A DNA stretch of 64,000 nt, taken from Octopus bimaculoides. Its lineage: Eukaryota. The stretch is taken from positions 28,706,543-28,770,542 of the forward strand of contig NC_069000.1 of NCBI RefSeq assembly GCF_001194135.2, read 5' to 3'. Positions 50,976 through 63,098 of the stretch are shown here, one piece after another. A program made the position numbers and the translations under genes. Within the stretch, counting starts at the first letter, position 1, and each line of letters starts with the position of its first letter. The notes under the pieces are model-generated. The model was not told the origin of the DNA. It saw only the letters and a list, made by a program, of their open reading frames with translations, and did not search any database.

Positions 50976-51595
50976 ATGTGGCCAACAGGCAGAATCGTTA
51001 GCACACTGGGAAAAATGCTTAGCAACACTGCGTTTCTCTTTATTTTCAGAGTTCAAATACTGCTGTGGTTGACTTTACCTTTCATCCTTTCGAGGTCGAT
51101 AATCAACAGTTAAGCAGCAGGGATAGATGATATCCCCTGAAATTGCTGGCCTTTTGCCAAAATTTGAAATCATTATTGTTATTAGAGTGGTGAACTGGCA
51201 GAATCTTTAGAGTGTCGGACAAAATGCTTAGCTGCATTTCTTCCAGTTCTTTATATTCTGAGTTCAAATTCCACTATGTCAACTTTGCTTTTCCTCCTTT
51301 GGGGGTCAATAAAATAAATGCCAGTTGAGTCCTGGGATTAATGTTATTGACTTTCCACCATCTCAACTTCAAAATGCTGGCCTTACACCAAGAATTATTG
51401 ATATTATAATTATTAAGCTAGTGAGTTGGCAGAATTGTTAGAGCATAAGACAAAATGCTTAATTCCACCAAGGCTGAGTTTGCCTTTCATCCTTTCAGAG
51501 TCGATAAAATAAAGTACTAGTCTAGTACTGGTGTTGATGCGATCAACATATACCTCCCCTCAAAACTGTTGGCTTTGGACCAAAATTAGAGTTAT
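50976..51595 (+). mobile_element. Three head-to-tail SINE family B copies separated by (ATT)n
   Basis: ggcagaat(c)gttag...ctgagttcaaat...cctttcatcc repeated at ~50976, ~51184, ~51415. Confidence 0.85.
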
Positions 51596-51941
51596 TATTA
51601 TAATTATTTCTTCACTTTTCAGACATAATTCCAGGAAATATTAACTTATTATTATTAATTAACATCAACCGATAATTAATATTTGTTATTTGACAAATGC
51701 TGTAATAAGATAGAGTTGAGTGCAAGACAAACAGAAATTTCATTTCTGTATTTTTTTATGTACTAACTTTAGATCTCACCAAGGTTGACTTGGCCTTTTG
51801 TCACTTTAAAATCAACGAAATATGTATCAGTAACATACTGGATGGAAATAATGTTTATAATTCATGCAACCATGCCTCTGTATTAAAACATTTGGATGGG
51901 GAATTGTACTAATGTGAAAAACCAGATTCATCTCTCTATAT

Positions 51942-52184
51942 CAGTAGTTTTCAACTGGGGTCCACATAAGATTTTGCCATTAAGTTTAAGTACAATAAAT
52001 TGGTTATACTTCTACAATTCACAAAATATTTTAGCAAATTTTTATACAATTCCTAATATTTAATGGTATAAAAAAAAAAAACAATAGGCAAATTTTTAAA
52101 CATCGAATGGTTAGTGGTGGTGGTGGCACAGTGGAGTAAAATGGGAATCAGAGTCCATAGACAAGAAGTGTTTGAGAACCACTG
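51942..52184 (+). mobile_element. hAT-type MITE
   Basis: cagtagttttcaac...tttgagaaccactg terminal inverted repeats; same body as 59735-60228. Confidence 0.7.
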
Positions 52185-52299
52185 CCTTTATTATGAATAC
52201 AGATTTCACTAGAATCGATTTAACCTTTCACTTGTCATTCCAGGGTCAATAAATTTAATATTAGGCATGTACAGGGGTATTCATTCAGTCATTTCTATC

Positions 52300-52638
52300 C
52301 CTTACAAGGCTCAGATTGATAGAATAAGTACCAGTTGAGTACTGAGGTCAATGTAATCGACTACAACCCACCCCACAAATTTCAGTCCTTGTGCCTATAG
52401 TAGAAAGGATTACTATTATTAAGGCAGTGAGCTGACAGGATTGTTAGCATGTTTGGCAAAATGCTTAGTGGCATTTCGTCTGCCTTTACATTCTGAGTTC
52501 AAATGATGCTAAGGTCAGCTTTGCCTTAAATCCTTTTGATAAAATAAGTACCAGTTGAACACTGGGGTCAATATAATCGATTTACCTGATCCCCTAAAAT
52601 TGCTAGCCTTGTGGCAAAATTTGAAACCATTATTATTA

Positions 52639-52684
<46 letters not shown>

Positions 52685-52775
52685 GCTCTCAAGTTCTGAG
52701 TTCAAATCTTGCTGAGGCCAATAACCTTGCCTTTCATCACTGCTGGATCGATAAAATAAGAACTAGTAATATAAA
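52300..52775 (+). mobile_element. Further SINE family B copies (partial, full, partial) around (ATT)n at 52630-52684
   Basis: aataagtaccagttga...ctggggtcaat block repeated. Confidence 0.8.
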
Positions 52776-53132
52776 ATAATTACCTCCCATTTTCTTCAAG
52801 AGTTGCTAATAACTGCCACAAAATGTTTTAGCTTTGTATATTTTGTTTTTCCTTAAGACAGAAATTTCTACATACAACAATCAGTACATCTGTCTTTATC
52901 TAAACTAGTTATATACCATATATGAACTATACTCTTCTTCTACATGTGTGGCCTTGTGCCAGTTAAAAAGCACAATTATTCATGTTATTGTTAGTCAGCC
53001 ACCCATGAATTGGGGTGGGAGTTTTTTTCAGTTAGGTTGGCTATGCGCTTTGAACAACACCACAAGGTATTCTTCAGAGACTATGATTTGAAATCAACTC
53101 ACTCTGTCTTAGCAGTCAATTATTTTCATCAA

Positions 53133-53317
53133 TTAAACTGTTTAGCATTCAGATTATTCTGTCAAATGTGATGCTTATTGATTCGCATTGCTTTGGATTA
53201 ATCATGTATTATTCTGTAGCTATGAGATTTCAATGATGTGATTGTCTATTTTTAAAATAACATTGCAGGGTAGATATGAGAAGCCAGATCTGGCCAATTT
53301 GAACGCTTAAGAGTTAA
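53133..53317 (-). mobile_element. TTAA-type MITE, internally deleted
   Basis: ttaaactgtttagcattcagatt...aagagttaa. Confidence 0.65.
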
Positions 53318-53798
53318 GACACCATGTCTCAAAAAGAGAAGAAGGGAAGAAAAGAGAGAGGTGGGGGAATGGAGATTAGAGAAGAGTGCAACAGAAATCC
53401 AACTCTCCACCATTTGTGTCAAAGATTTTAGGAGTATGGAGTAAGAAAGAAGTGATAGTTAAAACAAGCCAGTCACACAACTTTTTTCACTGTTTAACTC
53501 TTTTAGACCACTTCTGATCAAATGATACATAACCACATTTTAAAATGTTCCTTAAATTAAAACCTTTCATCATACTTTTATGTAAGTTTCTTAATGTTAA
53601 GTTTCAAGTACAAACTTATTAATGAAAATAAATTAGTTTATTTTACTAAACCCCTCCAAATCCTTAACCATTTTCAAAATATGGAAATTGTATTTCAATA
53701 GAAGTATGGTCACAAGAAACTTAAACTGAGGTAGAAGGGAAATTACTGTTTGCTGAATGACTCTGGTTGTCATAAAATAGTATCTTAAAATCTTTACA

Positions 53799-53802
<4 letters not shown>

Positions 53803-53886
<84 letters not shown>
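53803..53886. repeat. (AG)n microsatellite
   Basis: Direct reading. Confidence 0.95.
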
Positions 53887-53888
<2 letters not shown>

Positions 53889-53969
53889 AGAACTATCATC
53901 ATAACACACACTGGAAGCCAATCTCGCCCAGGCCCAATTATGATGAGGGGGAGCTTACACTAAAATGAT

Positions 53970-54160
53970 AAATTTCAAATTTTGGTACAGAGCCAGCAAT
54001 TCTGGGGGAGGTGGTAAGTCAGCTACATTGACCCCAGTTCTCAACAAGTACTTATTTTATCAATCCCCAAAGAATGAAAGGCAGAATCAACCTTGGTGGA
54101 ATTTGAACTCCTGATGTAAAGAGGGACAAAATGTCTAGCAATTCTGCCAGCTCACTGCCT
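53970..54160 (-). mobile_element. SINE family B
   Basis: ttcaaattttggtacagagccagc...aagtacttattttatc...gcaattctgccagctcactgcc. Confidence 0.8.
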
Positions 54161-56039
54161 TTGAAATGATAATGATGATAATAGAGGTACATGAAGTAAG
54201 TTATTCTACTGAAGTACCTTGATTTGAACTCAAATCCTGTAAGAATTTGGTTGAGTTAACTTTTCTAACTTTGATGAAATCGAAATGCTACTGGCCACAT
54301 TCTTCCATTTTATTATTGATACAAATATGCATGGATAGATAAGATGGCTGGTGAGAAAGACAAATAGATAGACAGATCACTAAACAGATATATATGTATA
54401 TATGTATATATATATATATATATATAAATTGGTTTGTAAGAGAAATATTCTTAAGCTCACAGAGATTAAACAGTATAACTAGACAGATAGATATATATTT
54501 CTAAATTCCAAAAGGTTTTAAGAATATACACACTTCCTGAAATTGCAAACTATTGGACAATTCTTAAATTATTTATATTCTTATTTTTAATGGGATATTA
54601 TTAAAACAAATAGAACATGAAACTGAAATATTTTGAAATAAAACTTCCCTGTAGGAAAGAAAAAATAAAGATTCCTGCTCAATGTGTTTTATAAATAACT
54701 TTTAAATATGAAAAAATAGAAGAAAGAAAAAAGGAAAAAGAAAATTAATTTTCAAACTTCAAAGCAAGAAACAAATGTAAACACACACACACACACACAC
54801 AATCACAGCACATGTCAAAACCAACATCACATGCACATAGTGCAACCAAGACCACTACTACACATGCACACACACACACATACCACAAACATGCACACAC
54901 ACACACACCATAACTCAAAATCAACATTACAAACCACACACACATACATACACCAAGCACAACTTAAAACCAAGTATTTAAAGCAGGCACACACGCACAC
55001 ACACACATACACACAGAGCATGAACTAACAAAAGAGTCTCTAGGTGGTTACTTGACCTGCTAGAAATAGCAGCTTATCTCCCTCAAATCACACTTCACTG
55101 ACTAAGAAAAAGATAATGTGGTACTGGGTGCTCTGCACATAGGTAAAAGATAGGATGGTCAAATTAAAATGCCTTTGATCATTGGCCTGCTTCATCAGTA
55201 TGGACCTCAAGCTAAATAACAATACAACTCAAAACCAATACACACATACACTGAAATGCTTAGAAGACAAATATACTTGTACACTAAGTATAATTCTATA
55301 TACTAACATAACATATGTCTATGTGAATGCACAAACATGTTGGCATGCATGTGTGCACGCATGCAAACATCTAATAGTATTTCTCAGACATACAAAACAG
55401 CAGCACATTTCTTCACATATGTTCCCAGGCTTGCTGCCACACAACACAGACTCTCTCTCTCTCACACACACACACACACGCTAACTGAATAACTATATAA
55501 GTAACTAAATAAATATACATAAACAGATTATTATTTTATTTTTTTATGTGTGTATGTGTCTATATGTGTTTGTGTGTACATGTATGTGCAAGTGTAAATA
55601 CATATGCTTCAACGAATGTATTTGGCTAGAATTCAAAATATTTTTATGGTAATGAAATGAAATTAAAATTACAAAACCATCTTTCCCACTCTAAGTAGAA
55701 AGAAACACACACACACACACACACAATCACACACACAAATATAAAAGATAGAGAGAGAGAGAGAAAAAAGAACAATGCAGAATGCAGTTAGTTGAGTGTG
55801 TTGTTGCTGTTGTTAGTGTTGAATTAAAAATATTCTCTTTAAATCTGTTCCCACAACTATTATTACTACCAAAAGTTTACCACCACCACTAATAAAAACT
55901 ATTACAGTCACAACTACCACCACCACTATAACCGATATAATTAACCAATACCATCCTTGCTACTACTACTACTACCACCAACAACAACAAACATTACATC
56001 TCCTAGCATCACTAGTCAGAGTCAAAAAGAGAGCCCCTG

Positions 56040-56280
56040 TGCACATGTGTGTGTATGAACTTGACCAGCTAGAACTTGCAGTCCAATTCCCAACATAGTG
56101 CTAGTGACATGAGAAAAGATCCAGAACATTCTGTGAAGTGAGTGGCATTAGGAAGGGCATCCAACCAAAGAAATCAGGCCAAAGCTAACATTGGAGCTTG
56201 ATGCAATTCTGTGGCTCACCAGATCCTATAAAACCATCCAACTCATGCCAGCATTGAAACAGACATAAATGATGATGATC
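56040..56280 (+). mobile_element. RTE-tail-type short repeat
   Basis: gagtggcattaggaagggcatcc...aaaccatccaactcatgccagcattgaaacagacataaatgatgatga. Confidence 0.65.
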
Positions 56281-56304
56281 TTTCATCATGTTGAACCTTC
56301 ACAT

Positions 56305-57930
56305 TTTTTTCCCCTCTCCAATTTTTTTCATTCTCTTTTTATCTTTTTCCCTCTTAATCTTTTCTGTCGAAGAGAGTAGGTTCGAAACATCAAAGACTTT
56401 TCCATTCTTCCTGAGCGTTAAACTAATACACCTGCTTGTTGTTCCTTCACCTGCCTTCCTTTTTGTTTTCTGTAAATTTGAACTATAGTCTCAACTTATG
56501 GCTTGCCACTTCATCCTATGTGACATACCCTCACCATTATCTACACTGCCCTTGCCCAGGTATGATCTGTGGACCGTGCAACTGCTCTTTTTACTCACAC
56601 CCACCCCACCCTTAACTGTCTCCCGATTCCCCTCACCAATGCACCATTCTCCAAGCCTTTTGGTGACTCATCTGATCCACCTCACACAACTTCTCTAGCT
56701 TACCCCTTCCCTCCTTCAAGTGAACCCATAACCTGCATGACCTCCCTATTCCTGCCTCCCAGCCTGGCTCCTTCTCCTGGTCCCACCCATGCAGTTGCAT
56801 CTGCCCCTACCTCTTCAATACCACCATCCCCACAAGCACTCATCATCAACTCCTTTACCTGCACCTCTAGTAATGTTATTTACTGCATCTTCCACTCTCT
56901 CTGTCCTTCCCTGTACATTGGTCAAACAGGACGCCACTTAACTGACTGGTTTGTGGAGCACCTCTGAGACATCAGACTTGGCAATGACACCCTGGTCTCA
57001 CGCCACTTCTGTGTTTAGACTGTCTCTGCACAGGGGCTACCCAGACTCCAGCCATTGCTGTGAACAGGAATTAATATTCTCTCTTCGTTCCTTGTGCCAT
57101 ATGGGCTCAACTCACCTCCTCTTTTTATCTGACACCAACCCCACATGGATTCCCACACACCTCTCACATCCAACTGCCCCCTCCACTTACACACCTGCAT
57201 ACTGCCCACCTCATCACACATGCACCACTATACACACACCCATACACTGTCCAACTCATCACTCACTTCACACACCATTACACACATACACACAACACCT
57301 TCCCACTCCACACACAACCTTCAATACCACTATACGAGCAACCAAACACTGTTTAACTCAGTACACATACCACAAGCACATAATTCCTGAACACAGACAA
57401 TATGTACTCCCACACCCATACAAGCACATAATACCAGAACACAAACTTTACATACATACACATGCATAGACAAAGATAACTTCTTCCCACAAAAATACAC
57501 TATATACATGCACACTATTTGGTCACAGACACACACACATGTGAACACACCACTTGAAAAAGCACACCATCAACTGCTACACACAACACACACACGTCAG
57601 ACTCATTCGCAAACACTCACGCAACATTCTCACATACACACACATGCTTGCGCACCTTGGTGTATTGGGATCACCATTATTATCTCCCTTTTGTTCAACC
57701 TCTTTTTATCATTATCTCCCTTTCATTCAACCTCTTTTTTGCCAGTTGCTCGCCATGTTGGACTTCTGAACTCTACACAGTTTCTCTCTCCATTTTTTCC
57801 TCTTATTTCTTTCTTTTAAAGAGCATAGGCTTGAAATGTAAAACACTTTTCTATTTTTCCCCCGAGAGTTAAACTAATACACCTGCTTGTTGTTCCTACA
57901 CCTGTCTTTGTCTTTTGATTTTTCTGTAAA
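56305..57930 (+). mobile_element. Penelope-like element: pLTR, GIY-YIG fragment, CA-rich tail, second pLTR
   Basis: FTCTSSNVIYCIFHSLCPSLYIGQTGRHLTDWFVEHL*DIRLGNDTLVSRHF; direct repeats 56305-56490 and 57780-57930 (ttaaactaatacacctgcttgttgttcc...ctgtaaatttgaac). Confidence 0.85.
56358..56396 (+). ncRNA. Variant hammerhead-like motif in Penelope pLTR (more degraded copy at 57806-57845)
   Basis: Stem I tcttt/aaaga; CTGTCGA(A); stem II gag(a)-gtag-gttc (second copy gagc-atag-gctt); GAAAC-a-TC; core A6 replaced by U. Confidence 0.45.
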
Positions 57931-58009
57931 TTTGAACAATATATATANNNNNNNNNNNNNNNNNNNNNNNNNNNNNNNNTATATATATATATATATGTTT
58001 ATTTGCATC

Positions 58010-58370
58010 TGTATTTGTCCACCACAACTGCTTGACAACCGGCATTGGTGTGTTTATGTTCCTGTAACTTAGTGGTTCAGCAAAGGAGACCAATAGAATA
58101 AATACTAGGCTTAACAAAAATAAATAAGTACTGGGGTTGATTCACTTGACTAAAAGATTCTTCAAGGCTATACAGCATGGCTACAGTCTAATGACTGAAA
58201 CAAGTAAAAGATAAAAGATGTGTGCATGTGTGTGTGTGCGTGTGTGTGTGTGTATAACAGATTTCTTTCAATTTCCATCTGCCAAATCTATTCACAAGAC
58301 TTTGGTTGGCTTGGGATGTAGTAGAAAATTCCAGTCTGAAAACCATGTGATTTGGAAACGAACCATACTC
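58010..58370. mobile_element. SINE family A fragments (3' half on +, head on -)
   Basis: cttgacaaccggcattggtgtg...gactgaaacaagtaaaag, then tttccatctgccaaatctattcacaagactttgg. Confidence 0.7.
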
Positions 58371-59142
58371 CCCACACACACACACTAGCAACTCTACCCA
58401 ATTTTGTCCAAGTTGTTTAATAACCTAAAAAAGTATATAACATGGTAAGTTCTATAAATTACTATGAAAACAGATTGACATTTGCTTGGCTATCCAGGCC
58501 ATCAAACACTATAGAACTTAAAATATAATTTTACTACCTAATTTATTTTACTGGGAAAAATGTTTCTCTCTCTCCCTTCCCCACACCAAACTCTGCATTA
58601 ATTTACATAATTTCTCTAAAAGAATTATATTTCTAATCAGTAAATATTAGTTGTGCTCACTGCAGGGCTTCAAGGCATTAAAATGAATTCCATAGAAATT
58701 CACACAAGCCGTGGGCCCTTTTGAAAGGTGTGTCTCTATGTTAAATTACAGTTGCCTGGGTGCATAACTAGTGTAGGACTGGAAACATACATTTATAATA
58801 TGTGCATGTGTGTGCATATGTGTGTGTGTGTGTGTGTGTGTACAGTAAAAAGTAATTGACTACAAATAAGACTGCAAGTCTTTCTTGTGAGGGGAGAAGT
58901 TGATTGAGATCAGTATGTTGATGAAAGCTGAGGAAATTGTATAGTGCGGAGGTGATGGTAGTGGAAAATAAAGGTGACTGAATAGAAGGTAGTGGTGGAG
59001 GTGGAAGTGAATCCATTCATACAACCTTTGAAATTACAATTGTATGTTGGCAGTGAATGCATGTGTGCATAGATGAATCTGTTTGTGTGAGTTTATGTAT
59101 TAGTTGTGTATCTATATGTGTGTTTATATATTTATTGTCTTC

Positions 59143-59193
<51 letters not shown>

Positions 59194-59734
59194 CGTATGT
59201 CAGTGAGGTGGATGGTGGAGATAAGAAGCAAACTTGACAGGGATGGCGATGAATTAGGTCATGTGACCAACTAGTTGTGAACAAGTGAATAGAGAAGCAG
59301 CAGTTAAATACACACACACACAAACACATTAGGCACAGGTGAAGGTGAATAGGGCTCATATAGAAAAAGTAGACTTGCAGTGTTAAAGAACAAAAGAAAA
59401 CAAAAAAAGTAACAAAAGACATGACCTATAAGTAACAAAAAAACCATGAAAAGGAGGAGGTTGCTTAAATTTATTTTATCCTAATGGAGTATAATAATTT
59501 CTTTTGGTTACAAGGGACCAAGAGGCAAGGTATAAAAGAAAAGAACAAAGAAGAAATAGAGAAGGATTTTACATGGCGTAAAAGGGTAAGGTCAACAAAA
59601 CAATAAAAATAGATTGCAATAATGATATAGAACAACTAAATAAGAATATGAAAAGATCCCATAAAAAGTACCCTACGTATAACTCCTGATTACTAAAAGC
59701 ACAATGCCTTCTCATTTTTGCTTCCAGACATGAG

Positions 59735-60228
59735 CAGTGGTTTTCAACTGGGGTCCATATGAGATTTTGTTGCTAAAATTTATGAGCAATAAATTAGTTG
59801 TACTTCCACAATAAACAAAATATTTTAATAGTTTTTTTTATACAGTTCTTAATAATATTTAAGTATAAAAATATAATAGGAATTTTAACCCTCTACCATT
59901 TAAACAGGCCATATCAGGCCCAAATAGTCTACCTGTTCTATGTTTAAAATGGTCAGATCCAGTCTCTCACAACTGCCTTACTGTGTCATTCTAAAAATAA
60001 ACAATCACATCATCAAAATCCTGAAGCTACAAGATAATGCAGGATTAATTGAAAATATTATGAATAAATATGTATTACATTTAACAGAGTAATCTGAAAG
60101 CTAAAGAGTTAAACATATAATAGGATTTCTTAAACATCTTTTTAAAAAAGCATTTTAAGCACTGTGGGTTCATCCAAAAGAATAGGAAGCAAAGGGATCC
60201 ATAGGGGGGAAATGGTTGAGAAACACTG
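59735..60228 (+). mobile_element. hAT-type MITE interrupted by a TTAA-type MITE
   Basis: cagtggttttcaac...gttgagaaacactg; right flank ctctagag. Confidence 0.75.
59885..60112 (+). mobile_element. TTAA-type (piggyBac-like) MITE nested in the hAT MITE
   Basis: aattTTAAccct...agagTTAAacat versus the uninterrupted tttTTAAacat at ~52092. Confidence 0.85.
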
Positions 60229-60419
60229 CTCTAGAGCCATTTAGTCATGTCAGTTTTGCCCCTTCACTTTTCTTTTACAAATCTCATAAAGTTTGCAGGA
60301 GGGCAGCATCACACTTTCNNNNNNNNNNNNNNNNNNNNNNNNNNNNNNNNNNNNNNNNNNNNNNNNNNNNNNNNNNNNNNNNNNNNNNNNNNNNNNNNNN
60401 NNNNNNNNNNNNNNNNNNA

Positions 60420-60457
<38 letters not shown>

Positions 60458-61753
60458 CATTAAGTGCCTCACCAGAAGCAAGAAGTATGACACTGTGGAG
60501 GAACGGTTTGTGACCAAACAGGATGCAATAAAGTACTCCACGGTGTCACTGAGGTTGGAAGAGTGGGCATGACTGCCAACCTGCTGTGGCAAAGATGTGC
60601 CCAGAATTAGGATTGGCAGAGTGCCCCCAGAAATCGAAGTGTGGCTGGTGCAGCCATCATCTTCAACATGGAGGAGGAGACCAATGTGCTGAAGGTCACA
60701 AGGACAACAGAGGTAAACTGGTTTGGATACGACCTCAAGATCTACTGGACCTGCATAAAATTGTAGATGAAATTATGTTGCCAGAGGATGTTAAACTAAG
60801 AGTGGTAGTGGAGGAAAGACCTCGCATCTACTACCACTGTGGAGCACGGGGACACATGAAAGCAAGGTGTCCCCAGAAACAAGAAGTAGAACAGAAGCAG
60901 GAGGAAGAGGAGGTGGAACAAGGAGTGGTAGCACAAAGCCAAATAAGTGAAGAGATGGAAAATGTAGTTGGAAAAAGAAAGAAGAAAAGAGATGAAAATG
61001 CATATTCACCACCAAAAAGCCTGCAAAAGAAGAGAAAAGGCAACATAGAGGAGATACAAATTGAAAGAATAGAAATAACAAAAATGAAAATTACAGAAGA
61101 AAAAACAAGTATGCAGAAAGGAAAGGAAGCAACAATAAAGAGTAAGAGAGAGAGATAAAGATGGTTGAGAAACAAAAACCAGGAACATCGGGCGAGAATA
61201 GACACAGAAAACGGGAAGGAGTACCAAAAGGAAAAAATGTGAGGATGATGATAGAGTATAAAAAGAGCATAGAAATAGAGAAACGAATCACTAAATTGAA
61301 AAATGTAATCAGAGTAAAATTGTCGGGGAGTGAGGATACCGAAGACAACAGGGCAGTTTTGATAGAGAGAAAGGAGAAAGATTTTTAAAATTATTTGGTG
61401 AACAAATTTTATTAACCGAGTTGATGGTTTGATGCAACGAACTACCACCAGTGGTACCATTTGACGACATAATAAAGTACATAGTAAATCGAAAGTTAAT
61501 GAAATTAATAAAACTTACAATAACGTTTGAAAAACAAAAGTGTTGTAAAGAAGAATAACGAATTGTTCGCGAATAATGTGTTACATAAACACATAAATGA
61601 CACTACCTGCATGTGGGGTGCAGGTAAGAGATTTCATTTTTTATTATATTTATAATTTTATTCGATTTATGCTTTTTGTACCTCACTGTATTGTGTTGTC
61701 TGTCTTTATTCATCCCTTCTTTGTAAGAGCCAATGTACTCGTAATAAAGAATA
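60458..61753 (+). mobile_element. Non-LTR (L1/Tx1-like) ORF1 remnant with zinc knuckle and acidic/basic tail, followed by a 3'UTR-like segment; no ORF2 seen
   Basis: VPRIRIGRVPPEIEV, IMLPEDVKLRVVVEERPRIYYHCGARGHMKARCP (CX2CX4HX4C with first Cys lost), Glu/Lys-rich tail, aataaagaataaa at ~61743. Confidence 0.6.
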
Positions 61754-61775
61754 AAGCTAGCAAGGCAAAGCTACT

Positions 61776-61816
61776 CCAGACTGATGAAGAGCAATTACCC
61801 TGAAACTAGTCTCTCG
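61776..61816 (+). ncRNA. Minimal hammerhead ribozyme motif with intact core
   Basis: aga-CTGATGA-agagc aatt accct-GAAA-c ta g-TC-tct; palindromic ACTAGT stem III; stem II fits agggt/accct with 2 substitutions. Confidence 0.65.
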
Positions 61817-63098
61817 ATGCTGGCTTTGTTGAGTGGAGGTGCTTATTTCCCCTGTTTGAAAACTTAAGGACACAAAATGCTTGTGTCGTGTAGCCAACTA
61901 GAAACAGTGTTTCTCCAGGCTAAATAGCAGTAGCATTCTTCCTTTTCTGGTGACTGCCACATTAAGTAGGCTACAAACCATCATTATATATATNNNNNNN
62001 NNNNNNNNNNNNNNNNNNNNNNNNNNNNNNNNNNNNNNNNNNNNNNNNNNNNNNNNNNNNNNNNNNNNNNNNNNNNNNNNNNNNNNNNNNNNNNNNNNNN
62101 NNNNNNNNNNNNNNNNNNNNNNNNNNNNNNNNNNNNNNNNNNNNNNNNNNNNNNNNNNNNNNNNNNNNNNNNNNNNNNNNNNNNNNNNNNNNNNNNNNNN
62201 NNNNNNNNNNNNNNNNNNNNNNNNNNNNNNNNNNNNNNNNNNNNNNNNNNNNNNNNNNNNNNNNNNNNNNNNNNNNNNNNNNNNNNNNNNNNNNNNNNNN
62301 NNNNNNNNNNNNNNNNNNNNNNNNNNNNNNNNNNNNNNNNNNNNNNNNNNNNNNNNNNNNNNNNNNNNNNNNNNNNNNNNNNNNNNNNNNNNNNNNNNNN
62401 NNNNNNNNNNNNNNNNNNNNNNNNNNNNNNNNNNNNNNNNNNNNNNNNNNNNNNNNNNNNNNNNNNNNNNNNNNNNNNNNNNNNNNNNNNNNNNNNNNNN
62501 NNNNNNNNNNNNNNNNNNNNNNNNNNNNNNNNNNNNNNNNNNNNNNNNNNNNNNNNNNNNNNNNNNNNNNNNNNNNNNNNNNNNNNNNNNNNNNNNNNNN
62601 NNNNNNNNNNNNNNNNNNNNNNNNNNNNNNNNNNNNNNNNNNNNNNNNNNNNNNNNNNNNNNNNNNNNNNNNNNNNNNNNNNNNNNNNNNNNNNNNNNNN
62701 NNNNNNNNNNNNNNNNNNNNNNNNNNNNNNNNNNNNNNNNNNNNNNNNNNNNNNNNNNNNNNNNNNNNNNNNNNNNNNNNNNNNNNNNNNNNNNNNNNNN
62801 NNNNNNNNNNNNAAAACAAGAACCGCCACATTCTGATAATCAATTGAGAAAAGTTGAAGTGTGGTCGTTTTACTCTTTTACTTGTTTCAGTCATTTGATT
62901 GCGGCCATGCTGGAGCACCACATCTAGTCAAGCAAATGAACCCCACAGCTTATTCTTTGTAAGCCTAGTATTTATTCTATCGGTCTCTTTTGCCGAACCG
63001 CTAAGTTACAGGGACGTAAACACACCAGCATCGGTTGTCAAGTGATGTTGGGGACACACACAGACACACAAACATATATACACACACATACATATATA

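Noticed and set aside
53041-53081. Minus-strand CTGAAGA-atacc ttgt ggtgt...caaagcgc hammerhead-like string
   Set aside because: Extra bases before the AAA, G12 and U16.1 missing, stem I only 2 bp.
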